Positions 1 to 10,888 are shown, counted from the first letter of the stretch. The stretch: 64,000 nt of DNA from Candidatus Heimdallarchaeota archaeon (GCA_030603365.1 JAUVXV010000014.1:32001-96000), one strand, 5' to 3'. The notes: generated by a model not told the origin, from the sequence alone. Made by a program: numbers and translations.

Positions 1-1716
1 TATAATTTGTGACGGCACAATTGGTTCTCCATCCCACCGTCTAAGATTATGCTCAATATTAAATCCTGTTTTCATTCGGATGAAATCTTTCATCTGACCA
101 GTATAATTCTGTTCAATACAAAGAACTTCTTTTGCTTGTTCTAGAATTTCACTTATTTCTTTTGTATGGAAGGGATTAATGTGCTTAACATGTAGTTGAT
201 TTGCAGAAATTCCTTCGATTTTGAGGAGTTTGATGGCCTCTCTTACGATATACTTCGTTGAACCCCAGGAGACGAGGGTAATAGGAGTGTTTTCTTCACC
301 GAATACTTTAGGTTTCTCAAGTTCTTCAAGAATATAGTCCAGCTTTCTCATTCTCTTTTTCACCATTTCTTCTCTGATAGGTAGGGTTTCAGGTAAACCT
401 GCTAAAGTAGATGCTAAAGATGTTCCTTGTTCATTTCTTTCGCTTGAACCAGTGAAGAACATTCCATTTTTTGTTCCAGGTAGCGTTCTGGAAGAAACAC
501 CCTTCTCAGTGATTTTGTATCGAATGTAATTTTCATCTGGATTTTCTAATATTTCATATCTTTTATTTTCTCTTACTAAGTCAAGTTTTCGTATTGTTGC
601 TATCTGTTCAGACAAATAGAGATCTAGCAATATTATAACTACAACTTGATATTTTTCAGAAATTTCGACTGCATCAATACCAACTTGAAACGCTTCTAAA
701 ACTGAACTTGGAGCCATAATAACTTTAGGAAATTCTCCTTGACTTACTCCATATGCCTGGAAAAGATCTGCTTGTTCTGTTTTTGTTGCCATCCCAGTTG
801 ATGGTCCAGCTCTTTGAGAGTTAATGACCACTAACGGAATCTCTTCAATTCCTGCCATTCCAATAAGTTCAGTCATTAAGCTAAAACCTCCACCTGAAGT
901 TCCAGTAGCGGCTCTAGCTCCACAATAGGCTGCACCTATAGCCATACCTACAGCTGCGATTTCATCTTCAGTTTGCTTAACAATCATTCCGAGTGTAGGA
1001 AGATGTTTTGTTAGATAGTGAACAATTGAAGTGGCTGGAGTCATTGGATATCCTGAATAAAATTTCAAACCAGCTGAAATCATACCCAAAGCTAATGCTT
1101 CATTTCCAGTAATTATCATCTGTTGTGCTTTTTCGTATTTATGTTTCTCCCATTTAACTGGCCAATTGTTTTCTGTAGCAAACTTATCTCCTTTCTCCAA
1201 TGCTTCATAATTTGTGAAAATAATCTCTTCTCCTTTTTGACCAAATTGCTCAAAAATAACTTCTTTAACTAGTGTTTCATCTAATCCTAGAATAATACTT
1301 ATGGCACCAAATCCAACAATATTTTTTAACACTTTTAATTTGGAAATATCTTTTGTAATTGCTGCTAATGGAATAGGTAGTTTCTTTATATTTTCAGGAT
1401 ATTCCAGCTCATCTAAATCGATATAATCATTATCATATATTACCATAGCATTTGAGTTTACACGAGTTCTATGAATCCCAGCTACATGTTTGTTGAGTAA
1501 AACGATGATATCCGCATCTTCACCTACAGAAAGAACTTCATCAGTTGAAGCTCGAATTTGATATTCATTATAACCACCACGAATGACTGATTGATAACTT
1601 CTGAATCCAAGAACGTTAAAATTATGTTTTTTGAGAATCTTGCTGAAAAGGTCACCCAAAGAAACTAGACCGTCACCTGCACTTCCAACAAACCGAATAA
1701 TTACATCCTTTGTCAT
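1..1716 (-). CDS. korA: 2-oxoacid:ferredoxin oxidoreductase alpha subunit (gamma-alpha fusion), runs off the window start
   Basis: Not in the ORF track; manual translation from ATG at 1716 gives MTKDVIIRFVGSAGDG...SVIRGG...GYPMTPATS...QTEDEIAA...TGTSGGGFSLMTE...QRAGPSTGMATKTEQ...WGST. Confidence 0.9.
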   Translation of the reverse strand, partial: MTKDVIIRFVGSAGDGLVSLGDLFSKILKKHNFNVLGFRSYQSVIRGGYNEYQIRASTDEVLSVGEDADIIVLLNKHVAGIHRTRVNSNAMVIYDNDYIDLDELEYPENIKKLPIPLAAITKDISKLKVLKNIVGFGAISIILGLDETLVKEVIFEQFGQKGEEIIFTNYEALEKGDKFATENNWPVKWEKHKYEKAQQMIITGNEALALGMISAGLKFYSGYPMTPATSIVHYLTKHLPTLGMIVKQTEDEIAAVGMAIGAAYCGARAATGTSGGGFSLMTELIGMAGIEEIPLVVINSQRAGPSTGMATKTEQADLFQAYGVSQGEFPKVIMAPSSVLEAFQVGIDAVEISEKYQVVVIILLDLYLSEQIATIRKLDLVRENKRYEILENPDENYIRYKITEKGVSSRTLPGTKNGMFFTGSSERNEQGTSLASTLAGLPETLPIREEMVKKRMRKLDYILEELEKPKVFGEENTPITLVSWGSTKYIVREAIKLLKIEGISANQLHVKHINPFHTKEISEILEQAKEVLCIEQNYTGQMKDFIRMKTGFNIEHNLRRWDGEPIVPSQII

Positions 1717-1793
1717 TGAGCTTTTCCTAGCGAGTTAGAACGCTAACAGCTGAAGAAAAAGGTAACTTATAAAATGAACGGATTGACCACAGT

Positions 1794-2924
1794 TTATGCC
1801 ATCCACCAGACTAATAACGTTATTTCAATTGGTAGAAATACAAGCGCTATTAGAGTCAATAAAGCTATGGAACGACTCGTTACCACTTCATCCAATTTGA
1901 AGTATTTTGAAAAAGCTGTATTTGCAACGGCAGGAGGTGCAAGAGTTTGAATTATCATAGCAACTTTCATCCCTGTTGGAATAGGTAAGAAAAAGAGAAT
2001 CACAACTACTAAAATACCTCCACCAAAACGAGCTGTAACATGTCTTAACAAAGCTACTTCTTTCCATTCTTTTTTCTTAGGTAATTTGAAACTCAATCCA
2101 ACTAAAGCTAGCATTATCACCATCGATACATCTTGAAATACCATTGTAGCTATATGATCTCCAATTGAAACTGGACCCATTGCTACCTTAATCAATAAAT
2201 CTGAATTGTAAATATGACTATAAATAAAATCAGCTATTTGGTGTGGAGTTGTTATTGGACCTAGTGATATTGTATCCACTAATACTGGATTTGAGATATT
2301 ACTGTAAACAAAATCTGCAAAATGGTGTGCGATTGTTACTTGACCAATTGAAAATCTGAGTATTAAACCGAGAACCATACCAATCGTCGGGGGAAACAAA
2401 ACTATACCTTTGATAATTTTCCATACCGATCTTTCTTTGGAAGAACCATAGTGTAAACCAAGATAAACCCCAATTGTATTCCGGTAAAGAGTTTGTACAA
2501 TAAGATAAATTGAAGCCGCTAGCAGACCCTCTGCAAGCATGTCACCAGATAGAATACCAATAATAATAGGAAAAGGATAGAAAAGTGCATTCATGAATCC
2601 AGTTGTATTTATCTCTGCGCCCACAGTTGGGTTTGGAAGATTTTTCTTTCTTATCATAATCCAATCTATAAACATAGAAAAAACCATACCAAGGGTAGCG
2701 ATTAGAAAAATGAACCACCAGTTAAGACTAGTTAATGAACCTGTATCCATATCTAGAAAAACCGTGATAAGTAGAACTGGAGTAAGAATGTTTATTCCTA
2801 CAAATAATAGCCATTTACCAGCTTTTTCAGCTTTAGACCATTTCTGTAGTAGAAAACCTCCTGCTATCCCAGCATAGATTATTACTATACGGATAGCTAG
2901 TTCTCCTAGATAATGGATTGCCAT
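1794..2924 (-). CDS. AEC (auxin efflux carrier/malate permease) family transporter with an internal repeat insertion
   Basis: About 10 TM helices, FMNALFYPFPII and APPAVANTAF motifs typical of the AEC family. Confidence 0.75.
   Translation of the reverse strand: MAIHYLGELAIRIVIIYAGIAGGFLLQKWSKAEKAGKWLLFVGINILTPVLLITVFLDMDTGSLTSLNWWFIFLIATLGMVFSMFIDWIMIRKKNLPNPTVGAEINTTGFMNALFYPFPIIIGILSGDMLAEGLLAASIYLIVQTLYRNTIGVYLGLHYGSSKERSVWKIIKGIVLFPPTIGMVLGLILRFSIGQVTIAHHFADFVYSNISNPVLVDTISLGPITTPHQIADFIYSHIYNSDLLIKVAMGPVSIGDHIATMVFQDVSMVIMLALVGLSFKLPKKKEWKEVALLRHVTARFGGGILVVVILFFLPIPTGMKVAMIIQTLAPPAVANTAFSKYFKLDEVVTSRSIALLTLIALVFLPIEITLLVWWMA
2150..2345 (-). repeat. Degenerate 84-bp (28-aa) tandem repeat, about 2.3 copies, inside the AEC transporter
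   Basis: GQVTIAHHFADFVYSNISNPVLVDTISL / GPITTPHQIADFIYSHIYNSDLLIKVAM / GPVSIGDHIA; GGACC/TGACC anchors at 2173, 2257, 2341. Confidence 0.8.
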
Positions 2925-2984
2925 TGTTTGAGCAAGCTGAGTGAAGTTAATAAATCTTTTATTTGTACTGAAAAGTAAAAAAAA

Positions 2985-4916
2985 TTAAGAGTAAATGCTC
3001 TTGAGATTCTTGAGCATTTCTGCATAAATTGGATGTTTTTTCTCTTCAGCTGTATCCTTTGCTATAATAAACTCACTTAAGTTTTGAGTTGCTTGAATTA
3101 TCAAGGTAGGAGCTGTGGTTTCAATAAGAGGATATCCCTTAATCAGGAAACCTTGTAAGATAGTATTATATCTAATACAGTATCGTGCAAGATTCTTACT
3201 TTCTTCAGCTGGTTTGATAGCTGTTGGTTCTTCTACTTTAAGCCAGTCAAGCGATCCTTGCTTAGATATGGTTATCATCCACAATAATATTGAAAAACCA
3301 AAAAGAGCGGTGCTATTTCCTATTATTACATAATGGTTAAAATATTCGAAAAGCTTTGCAATTTCGTTCAGTATCCCTACATCTTTTTCAAATAATTGTA
3401 GTGACATGATGAAATCTTTCTGAAATTCAGTCAAATTTTTCTTAAGTTTATTATTAACAAGAAGATATTTATCTCTCTCCTGTTTCATCTCTTCGAATGT
3501 TTTGTTGACTATGCCTAATTCGTCAATTATCAGATTATATTCTTTCTTTTTCACAGGAGCTACTTTTAATTCCTTAATGTACTCCTTAGCTATTTCTTCA
3601 AATTCTTTCAGTTTTTCTGCAACTTCTTCATCAGAAACTTCAGTTGAAACATTCTTGGGATCTTTTCCTTGAAAAGCTAATTGTGACTGTTTAACCCATG
3701 AAAGACCTTCCTTTAACACTTCAGGAGTTAGTAATTTTTGAAGGGTTTTGATCAGAATATACTTCTTATCTTTTAGTTTTTTAGCTTGAGATCCTATTAT
3801 AGATAATAGAAATGAGATTGCATTTGGAATAATGTTATATGGATCCAACTGTTGATTTCCACGCATAGCTTGGAATGTCAAATTCTGCTCTATCCATTCA
3901 ATCAAACCACCAGTAATCATCGAGAAAAGAGGATTGAAATTAGTAAACAATGGCATCGAAGCATAGAAATTTGTCATCGAGATAAAAATATCTTGATATC
4001 CAAAACTTGGTGTTTGTTTGTATTTCTTAAAAGTTAGTTGTTTCTCGTCAAAAGTGTATTGCATTGAGTAATAGTATAATAGATGTTTGTTCAAACTCAC
4101 TTGAGTGAAATCTTCAGCTTCAAAATCTTCTCTTTTTTGAATTGCAGCTAAAACATCTGTATTGCTGAACAATTCTATTCTTTCTGCATCTTCGATTGTT
4201 TCTTTAATGGATTCTTGATCCTCAGGATAGAGATTTTCGAGAATTTGAAAGACCCAGTGAATCATAAAATTGTAAAGATATTCTGATTTTCTAAGAATCT
4301 TTCTCCATTTCAACCATTGTTGGAATTTCACAGCGTATAAAGACTCCATTTTCTCTAAATCTTCTTCAGTAATCTCTCTTGCAGAGTAACGTAGTGGATA
4401 AATTGAAACTGGTTTGGATTCTTTAAACAAGAAACTATCAAAATCCTTTACTAATGTGCCAAAAACAAGCTCTAAATCCATAAGAGCATATCTTGTCATT
4501 ATTTTTGCTTCTTTGAAATAATCAGGAAAAGTAGCTCCTCTTTTATAATAAGCTGCTTTTAGTATTTGGTCGAAAATTGGTTGGAAGAACTTCTTTCCTT
4601 CTTCATCCAATTCTTCTAGAATTATCTCTGTTTTAGCTTTCTTATTAATGTAAAATTCAGTCAATAAACCTCCATAAGTACTAGCAGCTAAATCACGATG
4701 ATTAAGATAAACCTCCAGAGCTTTATCAGTTTCCTTTGTTGTTTTCTTTATTTTTGCTAAGTCTATCTCTTCTGGAAGTTCGATAACTTGGCTATTCTTA
4801 TCTTTAGGTAAAAGATATTTACCTCCCTTTTCGAAGACTAAGGCTTTTTTCTTGGTCAATAAACCAAAAGATATCTCAGCCTTTTGTAATGTTCCTTTAA
4901 ACAGAACTACATCCAT
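2985..4916 (-). CDS. Hypothetical protein, 643 aa, mostly helical
   Basis: Long ORF with typical composition; no motif recognised. Confidence 0.7.
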   Translation of the reverse strand: MDVVLFKGTLQKAEISFGLLTKKKALVFEKGGKYLLPKDKNSQVIELPEEIDLAKIKKTTKETDKALEVYLNHRDLAASTYGGLLTEFYINKKAKTEIILEELDEEGKKFFQPIFDQILKAAYYKRGATFPDYFKEAKIMTRYALMDLELVFGTLVKDFDSFLFKESKPVSIYPLRYSAREITEEDLEKMESLYAVKFQQWLKWRKILRKSEYLYNFMIHWVFQILENLYPEDQESIKETIEDAERIELFSNTDVLAAIQKREDFEAEDFTQVSLNKHLLYYYSMQYTFDEKQLTFKKYKQTPSFGYQDIFISMTNFYASMPLFTNFNPLFSMITGGLIEWIEQNLTFQAMRGNQQLDPYNIIPNAISFLLSIIGSQAKKLKDKKYILIKTLQKLLTPEVLKEGLSWVKQSQLAFQGKDPKNVSTEVSDEEVAEKLKEFEEIAKEYIKELKVAPVKKKEYNLIIDELGIVNKTFEEMKQERDKYLLVNNKLKKNLTEFQKDFIMSLQLFEKDVGILNEIAKLFEYFNHYVIIGNSTALFGFSILLWMITISKQGSLDWLKVEEPTAIKPAEESKNLARYCIRYNTILQGFLIKGYPLIETTAPTLIIQATQNLSEFIIAKDTAEEKKHPIYAEMLKNLKSIYS

Positions 4917-5013
4917 GTATATTCCTCACTTAAGACTTCCTAAAAGCAGACGGCTAATAAATCTTTATTTCTTCGATAACAGAAAGGATTAAAGAACTAA
5001 ATAAATAATTCAA

Positions 5014-5520
5014 ATGATGAATCAGCAAGAAGCAGTTGAATTTCTTCAAGAAAATCATGAAAAAATGGAGTTTATAATCAACAGCTTACACAAAGAGGAA
5101 ATTGTTCAGCATCATATTGTAAAAGCCTGGACCATCAAGGATATAATCGCACATTTAGCTTCTTGGAATAAAGAATTAAGAAAATCATTTGATTTAATTC
5201 TTGAGAAGAAAGATGTATGGTTCAGAACAAAGAGAGAACACGAGTTTAATAAAATCCAAGTGACAATTAGAAAATCTAAAAGCCTTGAAGATGTAATAGA
5301 TGAGTGGCAAATCTCCTTTAGTCAGTTAATTGAGAGAATAAAGCAATTATCTGAAGAAGAATGGATTTTTGATTCGGGTTTTAAATGGAAGAGTGGACCC
5401 TCTATCACAATCAAATCATTATTTGGTTATAGATATCTTGGATTCGGTCATGAAGGTGGGCATGCTTGGCAAATTGAAGATTATTTTGAAAGTGACAGAT
5501 GTGCTTGCAGAGTTTATTAG
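5014..5520 (+). CDS. DinB/DfsB/ClbS-like four-helix bundle protein
   Basis: WTIKDIIAHLASW motif and C-terminal HxxxH. Confidence 0.75.
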   Translation: MMNQQEAVEFLQENHEKMEFIINSLHKEEIVQHHIVKAWTIKDIIAHLASWNKELRKSFDLILEKKDVWFRTKREHEFNKIQVTIRKSKSLEDVIDEWQISFSQLIERIKQLSEEEWIFDSGFKWKSGPSITIKSLFGYRYLGFGHEGGHAWQIEDYFESDRCACRVY

Positions 5521-5558
5521 ATGTAGCTTACTCAATGTTTAAATTATGATTCTATTCG

Positions 5559-6872
5559 TTGTTTTCACTCATGAATCTTGATAAATACCTTTCTAATACA
5601 GGTCGATATGTAAATGAGAATGTTAACCTTGCATCAGGTACACTTGCATGGGGTATGCGAGCTACAAAACGAATGCAAGAATTTCCAGATTTCATAAATG
5701 CTACAACCGGTTCAGCTACAGAAGATAATGGAGAATTAATGGTTTTTCCCACTCTTGTAGAAGAAACCCAAAAACTTACAGCCACCCAGTTATTTGCCTA
5801 CGCTAATTTAAGAGGGAATTCGTCTTTTGTTCATGCTTGGAAAAAAGATACTTTAGAAACTTATCCTCAAGAATTACAAGATATAACTGATAAATTGTCA
5901 ACACTTCCAGTTACTTCCTGTGGTGGATTAACAAGTGGATTGATGGTTGCAAGTCAATTATTCTTCAATCAAAATGACCCCCTTCTAATCCCAAACACCA
6001 GATGGGGAAATGTCGATAATGTATTTCTCAAAAATCAAAGATTGAGGGAAGAAACATACCAACTAGTTGATAAAGAAGGCAATCTTGCATTATCGAGTCT
6101 AATTGAAAAACTAAAATCACTTCAAGGTGCTGAGGATAAAATTGGTATTTATCTCAATTTTCCAAATAATCCATCAGGAATAAGTCCAACATTTGATCAA
6201 GTTAAGGAGTTACAAGAAGCTCTTGTTGAAGTAATCAAACCAACAGTCATTATTATTGATGATGCATACGAAGGTTATGTTTATGAAAATGAAGTTTTAG
6301 ATCATTCAATTTTCCCATATTTAGTAGGTTTAAATGAGAATGTTCTCCCAGTGAAAGTTGATGGACCTTCCAAAAGATTTTGCGCATATGGAGCACGTTT
6401 AGGGATGATTACTTTAGGAATGGGTGTGGAAACAGAGGATTCAAAGAAAGCTGAAATTAGAGAGATGATTGCGAAAATTGCTCGATCTAATACATCGAGT
6501 TCACCTAGAGGGATTCAAGAAGCTTTAACAAATATACTCACAGAGCCAGTGAAAAAACAGAAGATTCTTCAAGAAAAACAACGTAATTTAGATGTCTTGA
6601 AAAAAAGGTACCAACTTGTTAAAGAGTATGTAGAATCAAACGAAAGCAAATTACTGTATCCGGTAAAATTCAATTCTGGTTTCTTTAGCTACTTCTTGTT
6701 GAAGACACAACAAACTGCAACTGAAATATCAACAAAACTGTTGGAAAAGGGATTAGGTACAATACCTTTTGTCAATGAGAAAAATGGTTTGAATGGAATA
6801 AGGGTTGCTTTCTGTTCCATAAGTACTGAAAAAATAAATGAAGCATTAGACATACTATATTCTGTAGACTAA
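5559..6872 (+). CDS. PLP-dependent aminotransferase class I/II
   Basis: NFPNNPSG, DDAYEGY, DGPSKRFCAYGARLG, IRVAF motifs. Confidence 0.9.
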   Translation: MFSLMNLDKYLSNTGRYVNENVNLASGTLAWGMRATKRMQEFPDFINATTGSATEDNGELMVFPTLVEETQKLTATQLFAYANLRGNSSFVHAWKKDTLETYPQELQDITDKLSTLPVTSCGGLTSGLMVASQLFFNQNDPLLIPNTRWGNVDNVFLKNQRLREETYQLVDKEGNLALSSLIEKLKSLQGAEDKIGIYLNFPNNPSGISPTFDQVKELQEALVEVIKPTVIIIDDAYEGYVYENEVLDHSIFPYLVGLNENVLPVKVDGPSKRFCAYGARLGMITLGMGVETEDSKKAEIREMIAKIARSNTSSSPRGIQEALTNILTEPVKKQKILQEKQRNLDVLKKRYQLVKEYVESNESKLLYPVKFNSGFFSYFLLKTQQTATEISTKLLEKGLGTIPFVNEKNGLNGIRVAFCSISTEKINEALDILYSVD

Positions 6873-6901
6873 TAAAAAGAAAAAGAAGAAGAAAAGAAAT
6901 T

Positions 6902-7645
6902 TCACTTTAGAGCTTCATCTGTTTTACCAGTAAAGATTTTCCAAAGTTTCATCTTTTTAGCTTCGCCAGTTTTGATCTTTCTGAAGTTTTCACCTTGTCT
7001 AGATAGAACAACAAGAGTTATTGCTATCATTGTTGCAAATGCTACCCAACCGAAGATTTCCACAGTTCCAGTTGCATTTAAGTCGTTAATTGGGTTAGCT
7101 ACAGATATCCATTTCCATATGTCTGTTCCCCAGAAGATGAAGATAACACCCATCACAACAAAACTGACTAGATATGTTATCGCACTATACATGATAGCTG
7201 ATCCCAAGATGAAGTAGAGTACTAGCCACATAGGCAAGAAAATAGGATTGAAGAAAATCATTGCTCCCATGGTTGATGCAACACCTTTTCCTCCTGGTCC
7301 CCAAAGCCATATTGGCCAATTGTGTCCGAGAATTGCAGCAGGACCTGCAAAAGCAATAACCCAAGGGTCATTTTGACTAAATGAGGAGATATAAACTGCT
7401 AACCACATAGCAAAGAAACCCTTCATCATATCTAGTATAGCTTCAATTATTCCAACAGTATAGGCTAACTTCTTGGGTTTTTCATGTGCTTGAAATGCAC
7501 GAATGACATTTCTGCCACCAACATTCTTAGATCCAACAGTACGTATGTCGATTTTCAACCACAATTTAACAACAATCCAAGCGATTGGAATTGAACCTAA
7601 GAGATAGCCAAGAGCAGCAGCCCATAGTACATCAATTGTTATCAT
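6902..7645 (-). CDS. plsY: Glycerol-3-phosphate acyltransferase PlsY homologue
   Basis: GYLLGSIP..DIRTVGSKNVG, DMMKG, GHNWPIW..GGKGVAS motifs. Confidence 0.85.
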   Translation of the reverse strand: MITIDVLWAAALGYLLGSIPIAWIVVKLWLKIDIRTVGSKNVGGRNVIRAFQAHEKPKKLAYTVGIIEAILDMMKGFFAMWLAVYISSFSQNDPWVIAFAGPAAILGHNWPIWLWGPGGKGVASTMGAMIFFNPIFLPMWLVLYFILGSAIMYSAITYLVSFVVMGVIFIFWGTDIWKWISVANPINDLNATGTVEIFGWVAFATMIAITLVVLSRQGENFRKIKTGEAKKMKLWKIFTGKTDEALK

Positions 7646-7775
7646 GTCAGAATCTCTTCTAAAGCTTCTTTAAAAACTTTATTCGACACTTTAAGGCCTT
7701 ATTCTATTCTTTATGAAGAAGATTGTTATTTCGAAATACTTTTTATTCCAAACATTTTCATCTGATTTGAATATA

Positions 7776-9593
7776 ATGGTAAAAGAAATTACTTTAGAGA
7801 AACTTGCTTCTATTCCATCTTTCAGTTTTATTACACCCAATCATAAAAAAGATAAAATTGGGTTCTACTGGAATAAAACTAAGAGACAGGAACTGTACAT
7901 TTTAGATCCTGAAACAATGGAATATGAGCAAATTACTGATGGTGAATTGCCTAAAGCAATTAGAGCTGGTTTTATTTGGTTAAAAGATGATATTCACATA
8001 ACTTACACCCGCGATATAGATGGTGATGAGCAACACAACATCTACCTCTACAACACTGAAACCAAAGAAATCACTCAATTGACTGACACCCCCAAAGCTC
8101 AAGAATATCCAATGAATGTCAGTCCAGACGGTAAAAAACTGCTATTTTCATCCAATCGTCATGACCAGATGAACTTGTTTATAATGGATCTGGAAACTAA
8201 AGAAGTTCAACAATTAACTGCTCATGATAAACCTGTCTGGGGTTACGCAGAATGGAGTGAAAATGGTTGGATATATTATAATTTTAATGACACTTATAAT
8301 ATCAAAAACACCGATATTTGGGCCATTAAAGAAGATGGTAGTGAAATAAAGAAATTAGTAAGTATTTCTGATAATTCAAATGACTTTTTTGGAGTAATTT
8401 CTCCTGATGAGAAATATCTTTCAATTTCTAGTGATGAAATAGGTATATATCAATCTGGTATTTTTAATCTTGAAACAGAAGAAATAACTTGGCTTGGAGA
8501 AGGTAAATATGAGGAAACTGTTAGTAGGTTTTCAGCTGATAGTAAGAAGATAGTTGTTCATCAAAATCATGAATCTGAAATTGTACCTATAATTTATGAT
8601 ATTGAATCAGGTGATGCTAAAAAGCTCCCATTTAAAGGTTTAACCTATTATACTAGATTCTGCTTAGATGACAAATACATGGTTTACACGAGAATGGAAC
8701 CTAAAACCCCAGATGTTCTAGCTCGTTATGATTTGAAGAAAGATTTAGAAGAAATAATCATTCCCCCACAAACAGATTTGACAACTGATGATTTCTATGA
8801 TCAACAGTATATTAAATACCCAAGTTTTGATGGAAAAGAAATTGCTGCAACGGTATATACACCAAGACTCGAACCAGGAAAGAAATATCCGGCATTAGTA
8901 AATGTACATGGTGGTCCAACAGGACAATATTTCCAGATGTTTGATATGTTTTCCCAAGTATTTGCTAATGAAGGATTTGTCATACTAAATCCTAATATCA
9001 GAGGAAGTACAGGTTATGGAAAAGAATTCATGGAATTGAATCTTAAAGACTGGGGAGGAGGAGATGCTAAAGATGTAGTGTGGGCTAAGAAGTATTTAGA
9101 AAAGCTAGACTACGTTGACCCAAACAGAATAGGAGTCTTCGGAGGTTCCTATGGAGGATATATGACATTTATCCAATTAACTAAATATGCAGATGCTGGA
9201 TGGAATGCTGGTTCAGCATGGATAGGGATATCAGATTTAAAAACAATGTTTGACAAATCTAAACCTCATTTCCAATACTTTCTATTACAACATCTGGGTA
9301 ACTATGAAGAAAATAAAGAAGTCTGGAAAAATGGTTCAGCTATGACTTTTGTAGATAACATCAAAGTTCCTATTCAAATGATACATGGTGTAAATGATCC
9401 TCGATGTCCTGTTGAAGAAAGCAGACAGTTTAGAGATAAACTTCTTGAAATGGATTGGAAAGAAGGAACTGAAGGTGAAAAGACATATGAATATGTCGAA
9501 TTTGCTGATGAAGGTCATGGTGCATATTCTGATATAGGTATGAGAATTAGAACTTTCAAGCTATTTATTGACTTTTTCAAAAGAAGACTTTAG
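7776..9593 (+). CDS. S9 family peptidase (acylaminoacyl/dipeptidyl peptidase) with beta-propeller
   Basis: HGGP, GSTGYG, GGSYGG nucleophile, HGVNDPRC, DEGHG; start likely ATG 7776 (ORF track gives 7713). Confidence 0.92.
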   Translation: MVKEITLEKLASIPSFSFITPNHKKDKIGFYWNKTKRQELYILDPETMEYEQITDGELPKAIRAGFIWLKDDIHITYTRDIDGDEQHNIYLYNTETKEITQLTDTPKAQEYPMNVSPDGKKLLFSSNRHDQMNLFIMDLETKEVQQLTAHDKPVWGYAEWSENGWIYYNFNDTYNIKNTDIWAIKEDGSEIKKLVSISDNSNDFFGVISPDEKYLSISSDEIGIYQSGIFNLETEEITWLGEGKYEETVSRFSADSKKIVVHQNHESEIVPIIYDIESGDAKKLPFKGLTYYTRFCLDDKYMVYTRMEPKTPDVLARYDLKKDLEEIIIPPQTDLTTDDFYDQQYIKYPSFDGKEIAATVYTPRLEPGKKYPALVNVHGGPTGQYFQMFDMFSQVFANEGFVILNPNIRGSTGYGKEFMELNLKDWGGGDAKDVVWAKKYLEKLDYVDPNRIGVFGGSYGGYMTFIQLTKYADAGWNAGSAWIGISDLKTMFDKSKPHFQYFLLQHLGNYEENKEVWKNGSAMTFVDNIKVPIQMIHGVNDPRCPVEESRQFRDKLLEMDWKEGTEGEKTYEYVEFADEGHGAYSDIGMRIRTFKLFIDFFKRRL

Positions 9594-9665
9594 AGTCTTT
9601 TTTTCCTTTTTCTGTTTTTAATCATCATATTAAAATACACTTCTGATTAGCTTGCTTGAATTAGA

Positions 9666-10847
9666 ATGATTAGAGAGTTCAAAGATTCCAAGGACTTAGA
9701 ACAAGCTGTAAAGTTAGCCTCGTTGTGCTTCCATGAACCTGCTAAAGAGATGAAAAAATTCTTCTCTGAAACTCAGGAATTAGACATGTTAGGTTCATAT
9801 GAGGAAGAAACACTCCATGCAGCAGCTGGTTCTCATAAATTTCAGATATTTGTAAGAGAGCAGCTATTTGATTGTGCGGGAGTAGCTTATGTTATGACAC
9901 ATCCAATCTATCGAAGAAAAGGTCATGTTAAACAATTAACGGATAAGATTATGTTGGATAGGAAAAAACAAGGTTATCCTCTTGCAGCTCTTTGGCCATT
10001 TGAACATAGTTTTTATCAGAAATTTGGTTTTGAAAGCTGTGAGAAAACAATAACATTCAAATTCAAACCCAGTGATATCAAATCAGATTTTAAGATCGCT
10101 GAAAACATCTCAATCGAAGATGTAACAGAAAAAAATGATTTTCTTCCTCTAATCCAAATAGCAAAAAATGCTCAAAATAAGTATACAAGAGTAATTGGGG
10201 ATGTTGATGCTTGGTTAGTAAGAGGGAAGCTCCAAGGTTTCAAGATCTATTTGATTGAGCGTGATGACAAACCTGTAGCATATATTTCTTTCAAGTTTAA
10301 AAAAGTCAAAGAATGGGTTCATGAGATGAATATAATGGACTTCACTTTTGTTGATACAAAAGCCAAACACACTCTGTTTGCATTTTTACGTAATTTCGAA
10401 GCAGATATTAGCAACATATTCATCAACTTACCTTATCAAGAGGAAGTTGAAAGCTATCTTAATTCTATTAAAGATGAACATAAATTTAACCAATGGCCTG
10501 CGATGCTAAGAATTCTTGATCTAAAGCAATGTTTTGAGCAGCTGAATTATCCCATCAAAATAGATATTCAAGTTTATTTCAAAGTTGAGGACAAAATCAT
10601 ATCTGAAAATACAGGAATTTGGTTGTTAGATATCAAAGATGGAAAATGTAATGCTTCGAAATTGATAGATCAAGAAGTGGAACTAGACAAAATTTTGGAA
10701 TTGACAATAAACCAGTTAGCCCAATTATTCATAGGTCATTCATCTGTAAGAAAACTCTTGGAACACAAGAATCCTGATATCCCAAAAGAATGGTTATTGG
10801 AAGATTTGTTACCAGAAAAACAAACAGCTTTCATGCTCTGGTTCTAA
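9666..10847 (+). CDS. Eis-like GNAT acetyltransferase with C-terminal SCP2-like domain
   Basis: VMTHPIYRRKG, ALWPF...FYQKFGF, about 390 aa Eis architecture. Confidence 0.85.
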   Translation: MIREFKDSKDLEQAVKLASLCFHEPAKEMKKFFSETQELDMLGSYEEETLHAAAGSHKFQIFVREQLFDCAGVAYVMTHPIYRRKGHVKQLTDKIMLDRKKQGYPLAALWPFEHSFYQKFGFESCEKTITFKFKPSDIKSDFKIAENISIEDVTEKNDFLPLIQIAKNAQNKYTRVIGDVDAWLVRGKLQGFKIYLIERDDKPVAYISFKFKKVKEWVHEMNIMDFTFVDTKAKHTLFAFLRNFEADISNIFINLPYQEEVESYLNSIKDEHKFNQWPAMLRILDLKQCFEQLNYPIKIDIQVYFKVEDKIISENTGIWLLDIKDGKCNASKLIDQEVELDKILELTINQLAQLFIGHSSVRKLLEHKNPDIPKEWLLEDLLPEKQTAFMLWF

Positions 10848-10888
10848 ATTAAATAAATATTTAAATAAAGAAATTCTAACAACAAACC

